DNA of 64,000 nucleotides from Geosiphon pyriformis uo1 (lineage: Eukaryota; Fungi; Glomeromycota), in contig JAAOMT010000128.1 in the NCBI GenBank assembly GCA_016748015.1, positions 627,538 to 691,537 of the forward strand, read 5' to 3'. Position numbers and translations under genes: made by a program. The notes beneath the pieces were generated by a model. The model searched no databases, was not told the DNA's origin, and saw only the letters and a program-made list of their open reading frames with translations. This document shows, one piece after another, positions 1-13,700 of this stretch. Numbering within the stretch: the stretch's first letter is position 1; each line of letters opens with the position of its first letter.

Positions 1-1855
1 ATTCCTTTAGTATTGTAAGATAACTGAGTTGAGTGTGATAGTGATTGGGTCTATGCTGACCAGAATTTCGGGGAACCAACTGGTTATTTGGATTGATTCT
101 GTTGTTTTTACTCTGCAATTGATTTTGGGATGTGAATTGATTATGTTGAACCAATCTTTTTGCTGGTACTTGATATTGTTGAGTGGGTGGTGTCTGATAT
201 GGCTGAATTGGTAAAGGTTGCTGATATTGTTGCTGCATTGGTTGTGGAGCTGATGAATAGTAACTGTTTTGATTTTGTGGTCTTGGTGAATAATAGGTTG
301 GTAGTGGAGATTGGTAATAGGATTGTTGTGGTGAAGAGTAACGTTGATTACTCCTGTTTTGTTGGTCTCTTTGTAATTTCCTACAATCTCATTTCCAGTG
401 TCCTGGAATTTCACAATAATAACAATTTTGAGGTTGGTTTTTGGATGGTGATCCAAAATTGTTTTGGTTGTGTCATTGTGGGGGTTGATACCTTTGTGAT
501 TGTTGTTGCTGTTGTTGTTGGTTTGTGAAGTAGCTTTCAACTTTTTTTGTGAGTTGGTCTATCTTTTCTTCAGCTGTTGAGCTGGTTTCTCCAATTGCAA
601 GGTTTACAAGCTTGATGTGATTTGCTTCTTCCATTGCCATTTCATAGCTCTTTACATGTTTAATAGCAGTTGCTAAGTCTGCTGGAGCATGTGGACAGAC
701 TTTTTTAATCAGTTTGTCTTTTAACTCTGCTATAAACTGATCCAGAATTTGAGCATCAAAATAGTAGTCATTGGTTTCCAATTGTTGGATTCGTCTGAGA
801 AGTTTGTTAAATCTTCCAAGATAGGTTATAACAGTTTCAGATGTTTCTTGTTTAATATTGTGAAAGTGGTTTCTGAGAGTGATAGAGGTATTGTTGTCAG
901 TAAATTGTTATAGAAAAGCATCTTTGAATGTTTGCCAGTTTTCAAATAGTTCTTCTAAATTTTCAAACCATTTTCCTGCTGTTCTTTGGAAAAAGTAGGG
1001 AATTGCTTTGAGCATTCTTGCTGCAATCCAACCATTTGCATTTCCTGCTTTTTGAACTTTGTCAAGTCATTCTTGAGGACTGGTATCATTGTCTTCACCA
1101 GTGAATTCTGGGATTTTTGCAATGTAAGCAGTTGCCATTTCTTCTTTGTTTTCTGTAATTTCTTTTGGTTCTGATTCAGTTTCTTCACTTTCCAAGCTTT
1201 CTAAATGATTACTTTCGTTTTCCTGTAAGTAATCAATGATATTGGCACTTGTTGATATTGGTTCCTGCTGTTGGGTAGGGTTTCTAAGTAACTGAAAATC
1301 TTCTGGTCTGGAGAAGCGGTTGAGTGGTGAATTTGGTGTTTGTGGTTGAACAAGTAAAATTGGAAATAGTGTAATAGAAAGTGGTAATTTGACACTGGTT
1401 TCTTGTTTAGATGTTCGCAAGTGTTTGGCAGTTGTCTTTTGTAGTGTTAGAGTGTTTGGAGTGGTTCTTGAGTATTGCTTCAATCTTTGTTTGCCTTTGT
1501 TGCTTGTTTCTGTCTCTGATTCAAAGTCAAAAAAGTATTTAGACTGTACTGAGTATTTTTTTTCACAATACACAATAATGTTAAAATTAAATTCTTGGAG
1601 GTAGGTAGCAAGTGTTTCACTGTTTAGGTTTTCTGTTTTCAATTGTGAATAGTGCACTAAATTATTGTAGAGATTGCTTCTAACTTCTAAAATGTTGTAG
1701 TTTCCAAAAAGATAATTGTTGATGTGGTTTTTAATGTATTGGTATACTGATTTCTTGACAACTTCAATTTCGTCTGAAATGTTGAATCTTTGCTTGCAGT
1801 GGGTGTAAATTAACTGGTAATACTCTAGAGTTGCTGTGTCTGGTGTGGTTACCAC
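1..1855 (-). pseudogene. Family A gag (retrotransposon capsid), broken by stops
   Basis: ORFs 1067-1855 and 473-781 are the same frame separated by in-frame stops; IPEFTG...SPQE and LDQFIAxL motifs are typical of retrotransposon Gag. Confidence 0.8.
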
Positions 1856-1882
1856 TTTGAATTTGTTGTTGCTGTGTTATTT

Positions 1883-1898
1883 CCATGGGAGAGCACCA
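1883..1898 (-). other. Primer-binding site of family A (TGGTGCTCTCCCATGG)
   Basis: Begins 2 nt after the LTR end with TGG, the complement of tRNA CCA; primer tRNA ends ...GGGAGAGCA-CCA, identity not assigned. Confidence 0.75.
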
Positions 1899-1900
1899 AA

Positions 1901-2852
1901 TGTTACCAGAGGTTTTTGGGTCTCTTTTCTTAAATGTTGGTAATGTTGATTTGCTGTGAATTCACGTTCTCAGGAAGTAGTTGAACCTCCAGTAACTGAA
2001 TTTATCTTCAAATTATCTCCTATAATTTGAACTGCTGGGCTTATAAGTGGAATGGCCAATTCCTTGCAGTTATTTTATGTAGTTACATTGTAGTAAATGT
2101 CAACTCTTTCCCAGGAATTGCTTATCTGGAAGCTCACTAAAAAAATGTGTAGTTACTTTGCTGTGAAAGTCAACTTTTCTACAAGAATCTCGTCTGTAGG
2201 CTACCCTAATGATTGTAATAAGAAAAAAAAAAAAAATAAAAGAAATATAAAAGAAATAGGATTTTATCAAGGGAAACGTTTTCTATTCAGGCCTGGAGTC
2301 ACTAACAGTTTACTGAAATTGGTAGCTAATCAATTTCAAAACGTTAGTTGGGTTTTGAGGATTTTCCAAGTGCAATAATTTAAAAATTTGGTTTTTCAAA
2401 TTATTTGATATTTATTTCTTTTTGTGTGTATAGGAATGGTTCTAAGTAATAAATTTAAAGTAAGATACATTTTCTTGAAGAAAAAAGCTCTTCTTTTATA
2501 CAACTTGTTGTAGTACTAGTCTATAAACTTGCACTTTTTTTCTTTGCTCAAATTTTGGCGAACTAAAGATACATTTTGATGAACTACAAGTTATTTTGCT
2601 AAACTATTAATTAATTTGGGTGAACTATTCATAATTTCGGCGAATTTTTGAATATTACAAAGTTCAGAGTATTGTGTAATTTGATCATCCTACTTTTTGT
2701 TATACTAATTAGATTATTTTAATTGAATCGTGATATGTGATAATTGATTAAATAATAAATGATAATTTGAAATAATATTAATATATTAATTAATTATAAG
2801 AATTATAAGGGTAATTTCATGCTAATTAATAGCTAAAATTTTACTGGTAACA
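1901..2852 (-). repeat. 5' LTR of family A (952 bp)
   Basis: Perfect 9-bp terminal inverted repeat with TG...CA ends, followed by the PBS. Confidence 0.8.
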
Positions 2853-3782
2853 ACATAGTAAATGTGGAATTCTAGGATTTCTCTCAAAGGAATTGCAAGA
2901 TTTTAGGAATTGCAAAATTCTCACACAAGGAATCACAGGATTCCAGAATTCTAAGATTCCTCTCAAAGGAATTGCAGAATTCCAGGAATTCCAGGATTCC
3001 TGACATGAAAAATTGAGGAATTAAGGAATCTTAAATATGTATGTATAGCAGTAGTATTAAGAGTTAGAAAATTAGTCAATAGGACTTAGAGTCAATTGAT
3101 TCACAGAATCAATTAGACTCATAGAATTAATTAAACTCGCAAAATCATAATTATTAAAATTACAAAAAAAAAAAGAATCCTTTAGTGAGACCCTTCAGTT
3201 TAGATTTTATCTAGACAACTTTCCAAAACCAGAAATAAATAACTGTTTGTTATCTCAAACCTGCTGCCATTATCAACATTTCATGTTGATAGTAATTGAT
3301 ACTTAACCACACTGGAACAATAGCTCTTGATCACAGCTATTGATGGGATATTAACTTGTAAATTGCCTTGGCTTATTTCTTATTTTCTCTTTTATTTTTT
3401 CTTTATTTTCTTTGTTGTCTACTAACTTGATTAAAGGAATTACTTTTGAAGGACTTATAGAGGAATAAATTTACTTAAACAATACTTATTCTTGGAGGAC
3501 TTATGGAGGAACTGACATCAGGAAACAGTACTGGTATACACTTATGGAGGATATCATATCAGGAGAATCATTAACCCTCAAGCTGAGCAAGCAATTGACG
3601 AAACTATGATTTCAGGAAACTACTGATAAACTGTTACCATTGAATCTTTATCTATTATACAAAGAACTCAATTAGAAAACCTTCAAATAAAATACTTTCA
3701 GATTATTATCATTACCCATTGCTTTGAGCACCAAGTTATGGGTTTGTTATTCACTCAACACCCCAAAGACTCACTTGTAACA
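2853..3782 (+). repeat. 5'-interrupted LTR of a further family (D)
   Basis: Ends in TGTAACA at 3782; contains 9-bp GGAATTCCA-type tandem repeats (~2866-3030), a hairpin shared with the family C LTR, and a T-rich tract; sits inside a family B LTR. Confidence 0.6.
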
Positions 3783-4265
3783 GCATGTTCAAAATAATTA
3801 AAAATAAATAAAATAACAACTTTTATCTCAATCATTCTTTTATCACTAATTTCTTTTTCTCTACTTTCAAGTATTCGAACATCTTAGAATAAAAGATTAC
3901 TTGTTGGTTAATTTTTACCCTTTTCTTGAAACATATAAGTGTAGTATTTAAAAATTATTGAATAAAACGTAACTGAAGAGCACATCTGATACTTGATATT
4001 AAATTCTAAGAGTGTCAATGTAAGACATAAAATTATACCAAATGTGATCATTTGTTAACAATACAGACTATCCCTCTACCTTCAGATTTCCCAGTTACTT
4101 TTTGAAAAGAATAGTGACTGAGATATTTTATGAGACTGATCTCACACATTAAATCCATACTTATTTAATTTGCTCTTTGAAGTTAAATTTTTTTTAATTA
4201 TTTCTATCACTCTACAATCCTGTTCTCCTTTACTATTTATTAGCTTGTTACTTCAACCTGTAACA
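3783..4265 (+). repeat. 3' part of a family B LTR, plus orientation, inserted into copy B1
   Basis: Collinear with ~17215-17692 and ends TGTAACA; followed directly by minus-strand B internal sequence. Confidence 0.9.
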
Positions 4266-7200
4266 CTACCAATTTTTTCTCTTTTAGTAATAGTTTTCTT
4301 TGGTCTAATAACAGTATGTGTTCTACTGTTATCAATTATAGTGGTTTGTTTTCCAATGGTCAAAGTAGCATTTGGATAGTTTTTGATCCAATACTCATGG
4401 AGAGTATAAAAGGCATTTTAAATGTTTTGATCCAGAAAATAATTGTTCATATCAATTAAAAATATCTCTGTTTTGGAGATAGTGCATTTATTTATACTTG
4501 ATTTTTGCTGATTATTTGAGTTGGTATTACCACAACAGACAGCCAATCAGGTTGTTTATGATATTTTTTGAGTTGTGTATTGTGAACAGAATGATCATTA
4601 AAGATTGTTCTGAATTGATTTTGAAGAATATAAGAACTATTGTTCAAAACTTTGTTGACTATAAAGGGTTCTTTTTATTAGCTAGAGAACTTATCACCAT
4701 AAACATTGTCTCTGTCAGAACAGTATTCTAGTACCAAGTTACTGACACTTAAAGAGAGTGTTTTATAGGTTTTTTTTTTCTTAAGCTTTTCTTGAAACTG
4801 TTTTATCTTTTCAAAAACAATTATTTGTGCTTCTACTAAAGAGTTAAGAATGGTACCAAGTTTTTTTTGCAAAATGTCTTTGTAATTTCTTATTGTGATC
4901 TCTTCAAAAAGTATTGTTTTAATATTAGTTTCTATTGATAGTGTTGTCATGTGTTTATAAAGCAGATAAAAAAGATTATAACTTGTTATGTCATAATTTA
5001 TAGTTCTATAAGCAAACAAAGCTAAAGACAGTACTTTGTCCCATAAGTTTATTTCTTCACTGGTCTTGGCTAGAGTTTCACATAGTGTTCTATTAAAATG
5101 TTCCACTAGGCCATTTGTTTGGAGGTAATAAGAAAAGGAAAATTTATGACATATTCCCATTTTTTTACAAAGTTTTTCAACCAGTGTACTGAAAAAAGCT
5201 CTTTCTCTATTAGATAAAAGTTTTTTGGAGCAGTCATGATGGCAAATGATATCTTTATAAATGAAATTGACTATTGAGACTACTGTTTAGTCTGGGATGG
5301 CTCTTGCTTCTACTCATTTTGTAAGATAGTCGGTAGCTGTAATAATGTCTCTGTTGTCATTAGAAGTTATTGTTAAAGGTCCAACAATATCTATACCAAT
5401 TCTGTCAAATGGTTAACCAACAGAGATTGGATGAATATTTTCTTTGTGAATGGGTTTGCTTCTTCTTTGGCAAATGTCACAGGTTTTAATATATTTAGCA
5501 ATGTCTTTTTCCAAGATAGGCCAATAATAGTAAGCTAAAGTTTTTTGAATTGTCTTTGTTTTTCCAAAGTGTCCAGCTAATGAGTCAGTGTGCATATTGT
5601 ATATTACAATTTCTCATTTTTTAAATCTGATGACTCTCTAGAGACAGTTAGGATTTTTTCTGTTTTTTTTGTATAATTGGTTCTGGCAAATCAAATAAAA
5701 ATTTAATTGTTTTCGCAAATTTTCTCTTTGCTGTCAAGTATATTCTAGTGGGTATTGTCCTTTACCCAAAAATTTTATTAAGACAGAGTAGTTGTCCAAG
5801 TCTATTATTGTGTTTGTTTGTGAAGGAGTTACTAATAATTAAGTTGGTTTGGTTTGAGAGATTGTACTATTACTAAATGATAAGTCTAGAGAGAGCATCA
5901 GTGTTTTGATGATTTGCTCCTTTGCAGTGTTGAATATCATAGTTGAATTCATCCAAATAGAATATCTAGTGAGTTATTTGTTTGTGTTCCAGCTTTTTTT
6001 TATTGTGCAGCCAAACCAAGGCTTGATGATCTGTTACTACTAAGAATTTTGCACCAAGAAGATATTGATCCCAATAGCTAGTAGCCCAAACTACTACTAG
6101 ACATTCTTGTTCAGTAACTGAATAATTCTTTTCTGCTGGTGTGAGGGATCTACTGACATATGCTATGGCATGTTTTCTGCTATTTTCATTTTTCTGTAAA
6201 AAAATAGCACCAAGTTCATAGTCAGATATATTAATGTAAAGAATAAAAGATTGATCCAGATCTGGTTGCTTAAGAATTGGTTTAATAACAAGTTTTTCCT
6301 TCAGAATTTCAAAAGCTTTTTGTTGATGAGTGCCTCAGTAATAATTGACATTTTTTCTAAATAGCTGATTGAGAGAAAAGGCAATTTTGGAAAAATTCTT
6401 AATAAATTTGCAATAATAAGAGGCCAAACCAAGGAAAAAGTGTAGTTTAGAAACATTCATTGGTTGTCTAATGTTTTGAATTTTTTCAACTTTAGCTGGG
6501 TCAAAAAAGATTCCATCTTTTGTAATAAAATGACTAAGGAACTGGGTGGATTGGCATCCAAAGAAAAATTTGATTGAGTTGATCTTAAGGCCAGCATTTC
6601 TGAGCAGATCAAAAATCTTCTGTAAATGTTTAAGGTGTTCATCCCAGATTTTTGAATATACCATTATGTCATCCAAGTAAACCAAAACAAAGTTTTCTTT
6701 TACTGATTCAAACACTTTATTTATTAGATGTTGAAAGGTGGGAGGAGCATTGATAAGACCAAAAAGCATAACTGTGAATTCATAAATGCCATACTTGGTA
6801 ATGAAAGCAGTTTTCTTTCTGCTTTCTGGATCCATCTCTACTTGCCAAAATTCAGCAGTTAAGTCAATGGTTGAGAAGAAAGCAGCACTATTAAATTTAT
6901 CTAGCATTGCATTAATTTTGGGAAGTGTGTACATGTCTTTTATAGTAATGGCATTTAGTTGGCAGTAGTCAACACAGAAGTGTAGGGTTCCACTTTTTTT
7001 GGATATTACTACAACTGGGAAAGTCTATTTACTCTTGGTTTCTTGTATAAATCCAAGATTTTTCATCTGGTTTATCTCTTTCTTGATAAATTTATCATTG
7101 TGTTAATTAGATTGATAAGACTTCAAATAGATGGAGCAAGTTTCTTTTGTGGTGATAGTTTATTGTATTACATAGGTTCGTCCAGAGGTATCACCTTTTT

Positions 7201-10200
7201 TTGAGATAACTGGGCTATTTCTAGCCAACAGATTTTTGATGTCCACTTTTTTTTCTTTAGGGGAAGGTTCTCTTTGTTTTACAACTAATAATTGGATTTC
7301 AGGTAGTTCATTTTAAAGGACTTTTGTATTTCTTTAAGTTCTTTTCAAGGTATTAAGCTAATTGGTTCTCAATTTTTGTAATAGATTAGACAGGATTTGC
7401 ATTCATCACTTGGTAAATACAAAGGTTTATTACACCAGCACTGTGCACAAGAGCCATGCTACCAATAACTGTATTTGGCTTTCTTGCAAGGTTTTTTGTC
7501 AAAGGTTCTTCTAAGGATATCATAGTAGGACCAGCAAATCAGCTTGCTATTTATCATAATTTCTTTTTTGTCAGCTTTAATATTGTCTAGTGGCTTGCCA
7601 TTGCTGGTAAAGATAATATAGGCAAATTCAGCAGTTTTTTTTTGTTCTTTTTAATCTTCATTATCATCGTTCTTATCATTATCTGATTCATCTGATTGTT
7701 TTTTTTCCTGGTTCTGTTAGGTTACTAAAGGAGTTGTCCAATAATAGCACTTAACCACAATGGGTTTCTCACCACATCTGATGGTTAGTTCACAGAGTTC
7801 ATAATCAAGCAAAGCTTTTGCTTTCTTGAGCCATTCATTGCCAACTATTATGATGTATTTTTTTGCTTCAGATACTTCCATGTCAGTTTTAATGCTGATG
7901 CCATTGATTCGAACAGGAACAGTTTTGGCTATGCCCAGACCTTTTTTTTTGTCACCATGTACATTGATTATTGGTTTTGTGGACAGTTCATCAATTTTTC
8001 TGCCAATTGCTTTTAAAAAGTGTTTGGCAATAACACTAACAGATGATTTACTGTTCAGGATCAAATCAATAAAATAGCCAGCCACTTGGGCTTTGCAAAT
8101 CAGAGGAGTGACATTGCTGTTATTAGCAAGTTTAACTTAACAAGAGCACTTGTTGGTTTTTGGTGTTTTTTTCTTTGGTATTAATGATTTGTGAAGATCT
8201 TTTCTAAATTAAGGATGAGTCATTAACTGGCTAAAGATAATATAAGCAGGAGTTTCTATGAGATCTTTGACAACAGAATATGGTCCAGATTTTTGTACAA
8301 TTTTTGAAGATTCTAACTTTAGAGGATTTTTAAAAACTTTAGCTTTTGGTAGCTTATTGTTATTAGCAATTGATGTGGAGGCTTTCTTTGGATCTATAAC
8401 GAAATCAATCTTGGCTTTTTTTTTTTTTCTTGTTGGTTCAGAAGTATTAATTGCTAGTTCATTCATGTCATGATTATCATTAGTTAGGTTAAAAACATAA
8501 AAAGAGTTTTTTTCTGGTTGGCTTGCACTCTCACTCTTTGAAGATGCATCTACCAGTTTAAAGGCTGATAAACAGTGGCTTCTACTAGGGAATTTTCTTC
8601 AAAGAAATTGATGTTAACATGGTTGGGTTTTGGATTGGGAATATTATTATTGTTGGGTCTGTTATTCTGGGTGTCATTATTTCTAGGAGCTGGAAGGAAC
8701 AATAGAGAATTGTTACATTTTTTTGAAAAATGTCCAGTTAATCCACAGTGATAGCATACAGATGGGCCATGATTTTGCTGTCTTTGATATGATAGTTGTT
8801 GGGACTGATTGAAGTAGGGTTCAAATCTGGGTCTTTGGGGTTGTTGATTTTCTCTAACTGCTTAGACTAAAAGTTTCAGTAGCCAGACAAGATTTGCTGT
8901 AAGCCTATCTATTAACTGTTTATTTGAATTTTGAGTTTGGGCAGCAAAAAAGATAGCAGCCATTTGTGGAGCAGGAGCAATAATAGGAGCAGAAGCAAAA
9001 ACTAGAAGAGTAAATTTCAGATGTATCCTTTGGTTATCTTCTATTCTTTGTGCCAGTTCAATAGCCATGTTCATTGTTAGGTTGTCTTTTAAAGTCAAGA
9101 GAGGCCAAAGAGCATATGATAAATCAGTTTTTAATCTTTTTGTGAAGAAATAGATCTTTTGCTCTTTTGTCCAGTTTCTTTCAGAGTTTACATGTTTGAT
9201 TAGCTTTCTAATAGCTTTGGCATATTCAGTCACTACTTCTCCAGAGTCTTGGATTCTTTTTTTCAATTCCATGCATCATTTGGATATTAATATTGGAGTT
9301 CTGAACTTGGTCTCAAACTGGATAATGAAAGAGGTATTTTTTTCTCCAGTATTGGTTGGTGTCCATCTGATTATTTGGTGTTGAGCATTGGCATCTGTTT
9401 CTTGTAAGAACCAGGTAGCAGAAGAGTCTTGGAGATAGCCACCAACAATTTGGAACTTGTATTTTTTATCATACTAGTTGGCTGTGACAGCTCTTTTAAA
9501 ATCATCCAACCATTCAATTGGATCTTGTGCATTACCTCTAAATAGTGGTAGTGGGGTATTGTTTTTTCTTTGTAGAGCAGTTTGTATACCTTGGAGGGCG
9601 ACCAGAATGTTTGCTTGCATGGGGTTATTAGTCATTGGTTCAGAGATAACTGTTTGTGTAGATAAGTCTAATTCACTTGATAAAAAGTCAAAAACAAGGG
9701 CAGTTTGGTAGCTTTCTTCTTCTGTTTCAAAGGGAGTTTCAGTTGCTTGATGGGCAGCAATTCAAATATGGATTTGATGATTCAGATATTCGGAATCAGA
9801 GAGCTGTTGTTCAAAGATTGTGGAGTATAAAAGTTGATTGATGCTGTTGTTTCTTTCTTCAAAGTTGTCTTCAAAATAAGTTTGATCAAAGTAATAAGTT
9901 ATATAGGCTGTGTAGATTTCAGCTGAATGCTTGTTCAGGAACCAGTTCCAAAAATCTTGGAATTGTCTACTGGATTGATCTTCAATGGAGAAGCGAATCA
10001 AGCAGGAGGACAAAAGATTGAATTCAATAAAGTCTAGATTATTTTTGTTGTGTGCTTCAAAATGTTTTTCTGATTATTGTGGCAGGTATAAATAATCACC
10101 CATACAATAGAAAACAAAGTGGATTTTGACAATCTTACAGAGAGCACCACTTTTATGTTACAGGTTGGAATAATAAACTAATAGATAGCAAGAGAGAATA

Positions 10201-10854
10201 GGATTGTAAGGTGATGAAAGGAGTCAAATAGATTTCAACTTCAAAGAACAAATTAAATAAGTATGGATTTAATGTGTAAGATCAGTTTCATAAAATATCT
10301 TAGTCACTATACTTTTCAAAGATAACTGAAGAATCTGAAGGTAAAGAGATAGTCCATATTATTAACAAATAATCACACTTGATATAATTTTATGCTTCAT
10401 GTTGGCATTTTTAAAATTCAATATCAAGTATCAGATGTGCTTTTCAGTCACATTTTATTCAATAATCTTCAAATACTACACATATATGTTTCAGGAAAAG
10501 GTTAAGGAATAACCAACAAGTACTTTTTTATTCTAAGATGTTCAGATACTTGAAGGTAGAGAAAGAAAATTTAGTGATAAAAGAATAATTGAGATGAAAG
10601 TTGTTATTTTATTTATTTTTGATTATTTTAAACATGCTTTTCTATAGCTAAGAGATTTATTACTTATATAGCTGTCAAAAGTGGTCAATAATCAGGTTAA
10701 TGATTAGGTCAATAATCAGATCAATGATCAGATCAATGGTCAAGTCATTGATCAGATCAATAATCACTATTTAAAAATAATATGGTTAATTTATATGACA
10801 TTAGTGGCTAATACATGTGATAATTAATAAGAAGTATAAGTTTTAACCATAACA
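4266..10854 (-). mobile_element. Gypsy family B copy B1 (5' LTR, gag, PR, RT, RNase H, IN, start of ORF3); 3' end cut by nested insertions
   Basis: RT with YLDD (6335-6934), protease ILxSxSSVS, integrase HHCC (HTDSLAGH...CDIC) and core (QTNGLVEHFNRTL); domain order PR-RT-RH-IN. Confidence 0.95.
10156..10854 (-). repeat. 5' LTR of B1
   Basis: TGTTA...TAACA termini; PBS (agagcacca on + strand, ~10141-10149) adjacent; seven 12-bp repeat units. Confidence 0.9.
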
Positions 10855-11399
10855 GTACTTTGTAATGTATCTTTAGGTACTTTTTTTAATAACATCAAAA
10901 TCTCTCTTAATATTTTTGGTGTTGTTACTTTAGTTAAGTTGAAGCCTGCTGGTTTGTAACAATATGCTATAATTCAGTTTAAAGACTTTTATTCTGCTGC
11001 AGCTGCTCTTACTCAATAGTCAGTGCTGGTTAGAAAAAACAGTATTAGGATTCTACCTTTAGTTAATCAAAGAGAGATTATTATCTCAAAAAATGCTTTT
11101 AAAGCTAAGTTGGTCAATTTCTTTTTTGGCTGTACAATAAACTCTCTTTATAGTCCCTCTGGTTATAGTCACTATCTTCTTATAATCACATTTTTTTAAA
11201 AGCCAAAACCATTTATATATAATATTATCTCTTTATAGTTACTTTTACTATATATATCTCCTTATAATTCCTATCTCCACAAATATGATAGCAGAATATA
11301 AGTAATTTCCACTTTCTATAGTCACACTATAATTATATAATATTAGATATAAACATCAGATATCATCTCATATTTAATTAGACATGTACAGTTAGAAAA

Positions 11400-13450
11400 A
11401 TTTCCCAATTTGTCAATGAAAATTATTCTTTTTATGATAGTAAAAAAAATTAGAAAAGTTTCTGGAAATAATTGTAGAATACTAAACAAAATTTCTGAAA
11501 TATTATAATATTCAATTACTCTTCTTCTTTATAAGCTGCCATTACCATTAAAAGACAATGACAAAACTATTATATCTGGCTTATTGTTTGTGGATATTAT
11601 GAGAGTTTTAATAATAGTTAACATATGATACAGTACTACTGCTCTTGGTGCTTTGGAGACTGGTAGTGCTTCAGAGGCTAGTAGTGCTTTGGAGGCTGTT
11701 GCTGCAGATATTGATGAAATTACTCTTGATCAAACTTTGGCTAATGAGATTACTTTTTCTCCATATTGGGAGAAGGAATTAACAGACCTATAAGCAAGAA
11801 TAATGGCCCAATGGGATCCTCCAGGAACAAGTTTGTTAATAGGACATTGCTTAAGCAAATCAACTGGAAACGAAGTTTGAATTTACCTTTTCTTAGAAAA
11901 AGAAATATAACCAGTAATAAAACTCAGAGCATGAGGATTCCAATATATACCCAATAAATACATTTTCATACCAACTTTGGCATCTGCAATTAAAAAAAGG
12001 CTCCATACTAGCAATTATATTCATTATTCGACCAATATTTAGTATTAGTAAGCAAAAGTTTGACTAATAGTTTTAAAAATATATTAAAAATCAACTTTTT
12101 TGGGGCAAATAAATCCATGTTGAATGCTTTTCATAATCCAAACATAATCATGCAGAATAGAAATTTGGACCTAGACTCAACATATCATGTTTTAAAAATG
12201 CCAATTATAAATAATAATGCACCCAATCCAATGTAAACAAAACTGTACACAATACAATATATTTCTAACTTCTTAAAGGATATTTATTAGGCTGTTATAC
12301 AATTAACTTGATAAGCTTCAAAAACATAATCATTTAAAAGAGATATTAGAGAGTTAATAATAGATAATAGTTGTGATTTTATTAACAGATTTACATTTTT
12401 TGATAATCTGCTTCTTTACTTATTACTGGAATTGGTTTTTAAGTACTTAACAATGTTTTTTTAATTTATCTTGCTTTAAGAAAGTCTATTTTTTTTATCT
12501 GTGCAATTTTACTGGATTTTTTTATTTCTTTGCTTAATATCTATTCATGGCCAATATCATGAAAAACATAATTAGAGACATTTGGATTTACAAACTGTAT
12601 CTTTCTTATCTGAACTCAAAATCGATTTAATTCAGCAATAAAGTTAGGATGTGTACAAAATTTGTATATTTTACTTTTAAAATATTCAATGACATTAAAG
12701 AGGTTAGTATACAATCTATCAAATTTGATACAGTTACACACTGCAATTTCCTAATGCCATTGTAAAGGTGTAGAAGAAATTAACAATTTGAGCATTTTGT
12801 TAATTTTTTCAAGTATTGCATTATGGCCTTGATGTTAATTTGAAAGTTTAGATCAAGAAATTACAATTTTTTTTTGAATCAGCTTGCAAACTTCAGGCTT
12901 CAATTATAGTCATTGTTCTTTATCAGCAATTTCAATTAATTGGTAAATAAAATAGCACCAAACAAACCAAATTGGTACAAACATTTGTCTAGTTCAAGTC
13001 TTAATGAAGACCTATTGAAACAAACTCCAGTGCAAAAGTTAATAATTGCTTGTAAATAAAAAAAGACTTGTTTATACTTTAACCTGAATGTGAGATCTGT
13101 TTTATTTTGGGCCCATTCTAAGTAATCTTCAACAGATGGATTTTCCTTAGAAACAACATATGGCCATATTAATTCGGAAGCCATTGTATGTCTATATATA
13201 TTACATATCGAATTCCATGACTTATAATAATAAGGATATTTTTTAAAAAACTGCAGTTGACTTTCACTCCAATATCCCTAATATTGTGCAAAGTATTTTA
13301 TATCAATATTCCAATTGATATAGGTGTTGCTGTGTTTAAGGGGCTTAACAACATAACATTGTGCTATCTTCTACATGATTATGTAAGTATGCAGAAGATC
13401 AAATTGACAGTCTTTATTATTAATTATCAGTTGGAAGTAAAAAGCAAAAA
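11400..13450 (-). pseudogene. Fragment of an unrelated large transposase-like gene (Academ/DUF6589-like, tentative) inside the pogo element; boundaries approximate
   Basis: Degenerate reading FAQY.GYWSESQLQFF...MASELIWPY...YLEWAQ...YLQAIINF.TGV...IYQLIEIAD...VIS.S.LSN.HQGHNAILEKINK; the last block resembles the SRS..G...D..lE..N motif of Academ-type transposases, from memory. Confidence 0.45.
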
Positions 13451-13700
13451 GTGGCACAGATGTATTATCAAAATTAGGTTTTTTTTTACTGAGAATCTGT
13501 CATTTACACTTAGAATCCTACAGTTGGATTAAAACCTTTATTTTTATAATTTGGCTGTTTTTTATAATCTGAGACATCTTATATGACATAAGACATTTCA
13601 TATGTCTAATTAGATATAAGGCAAAATAACATTTGAGACATAACAGATACATCAATGCATTATAAAAGCAAAATGCAATAAGATGTATGTTCTTATTAAC

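Larger units (their letters stand above)
1..2852 (-). mobile_element. Ty3/Gypsy-type LTR retrotransposon, family A, 5' part (LTR, PBS, gag); continues off the left edge
   Basis: LTR 1901-2852 with inverted termini TGTTACCAG...CTGGTAACA; PBS TGGTGCTCTC directly inside; gag-like ORFs (IAKIPEFTGEDNDTSPQE, QILDQFIAELKDKLIKKV, Gln-rich tail). Confidence 0.85.

Noticed and set aside
2847-2862. 16-mer GTAACAACATAGTAAA identical to the family C LTR end and PBS region (minus strand, ~26459-26444)
   Set aside because: At 2847 it spans the A-LTR/D junction and similarity stops on both sides; the shared GTAACA LTR terminus plus AT-richness explains it.
3783-10854. B1 as an element with inverted LTRs (DIRS-like)
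   Set aside because: The left LTR cuts into ORF3 with no PPT and is a separate opposite-strand insertion; B has a DDE integrase, and B2 and B5 have direct LTRs.
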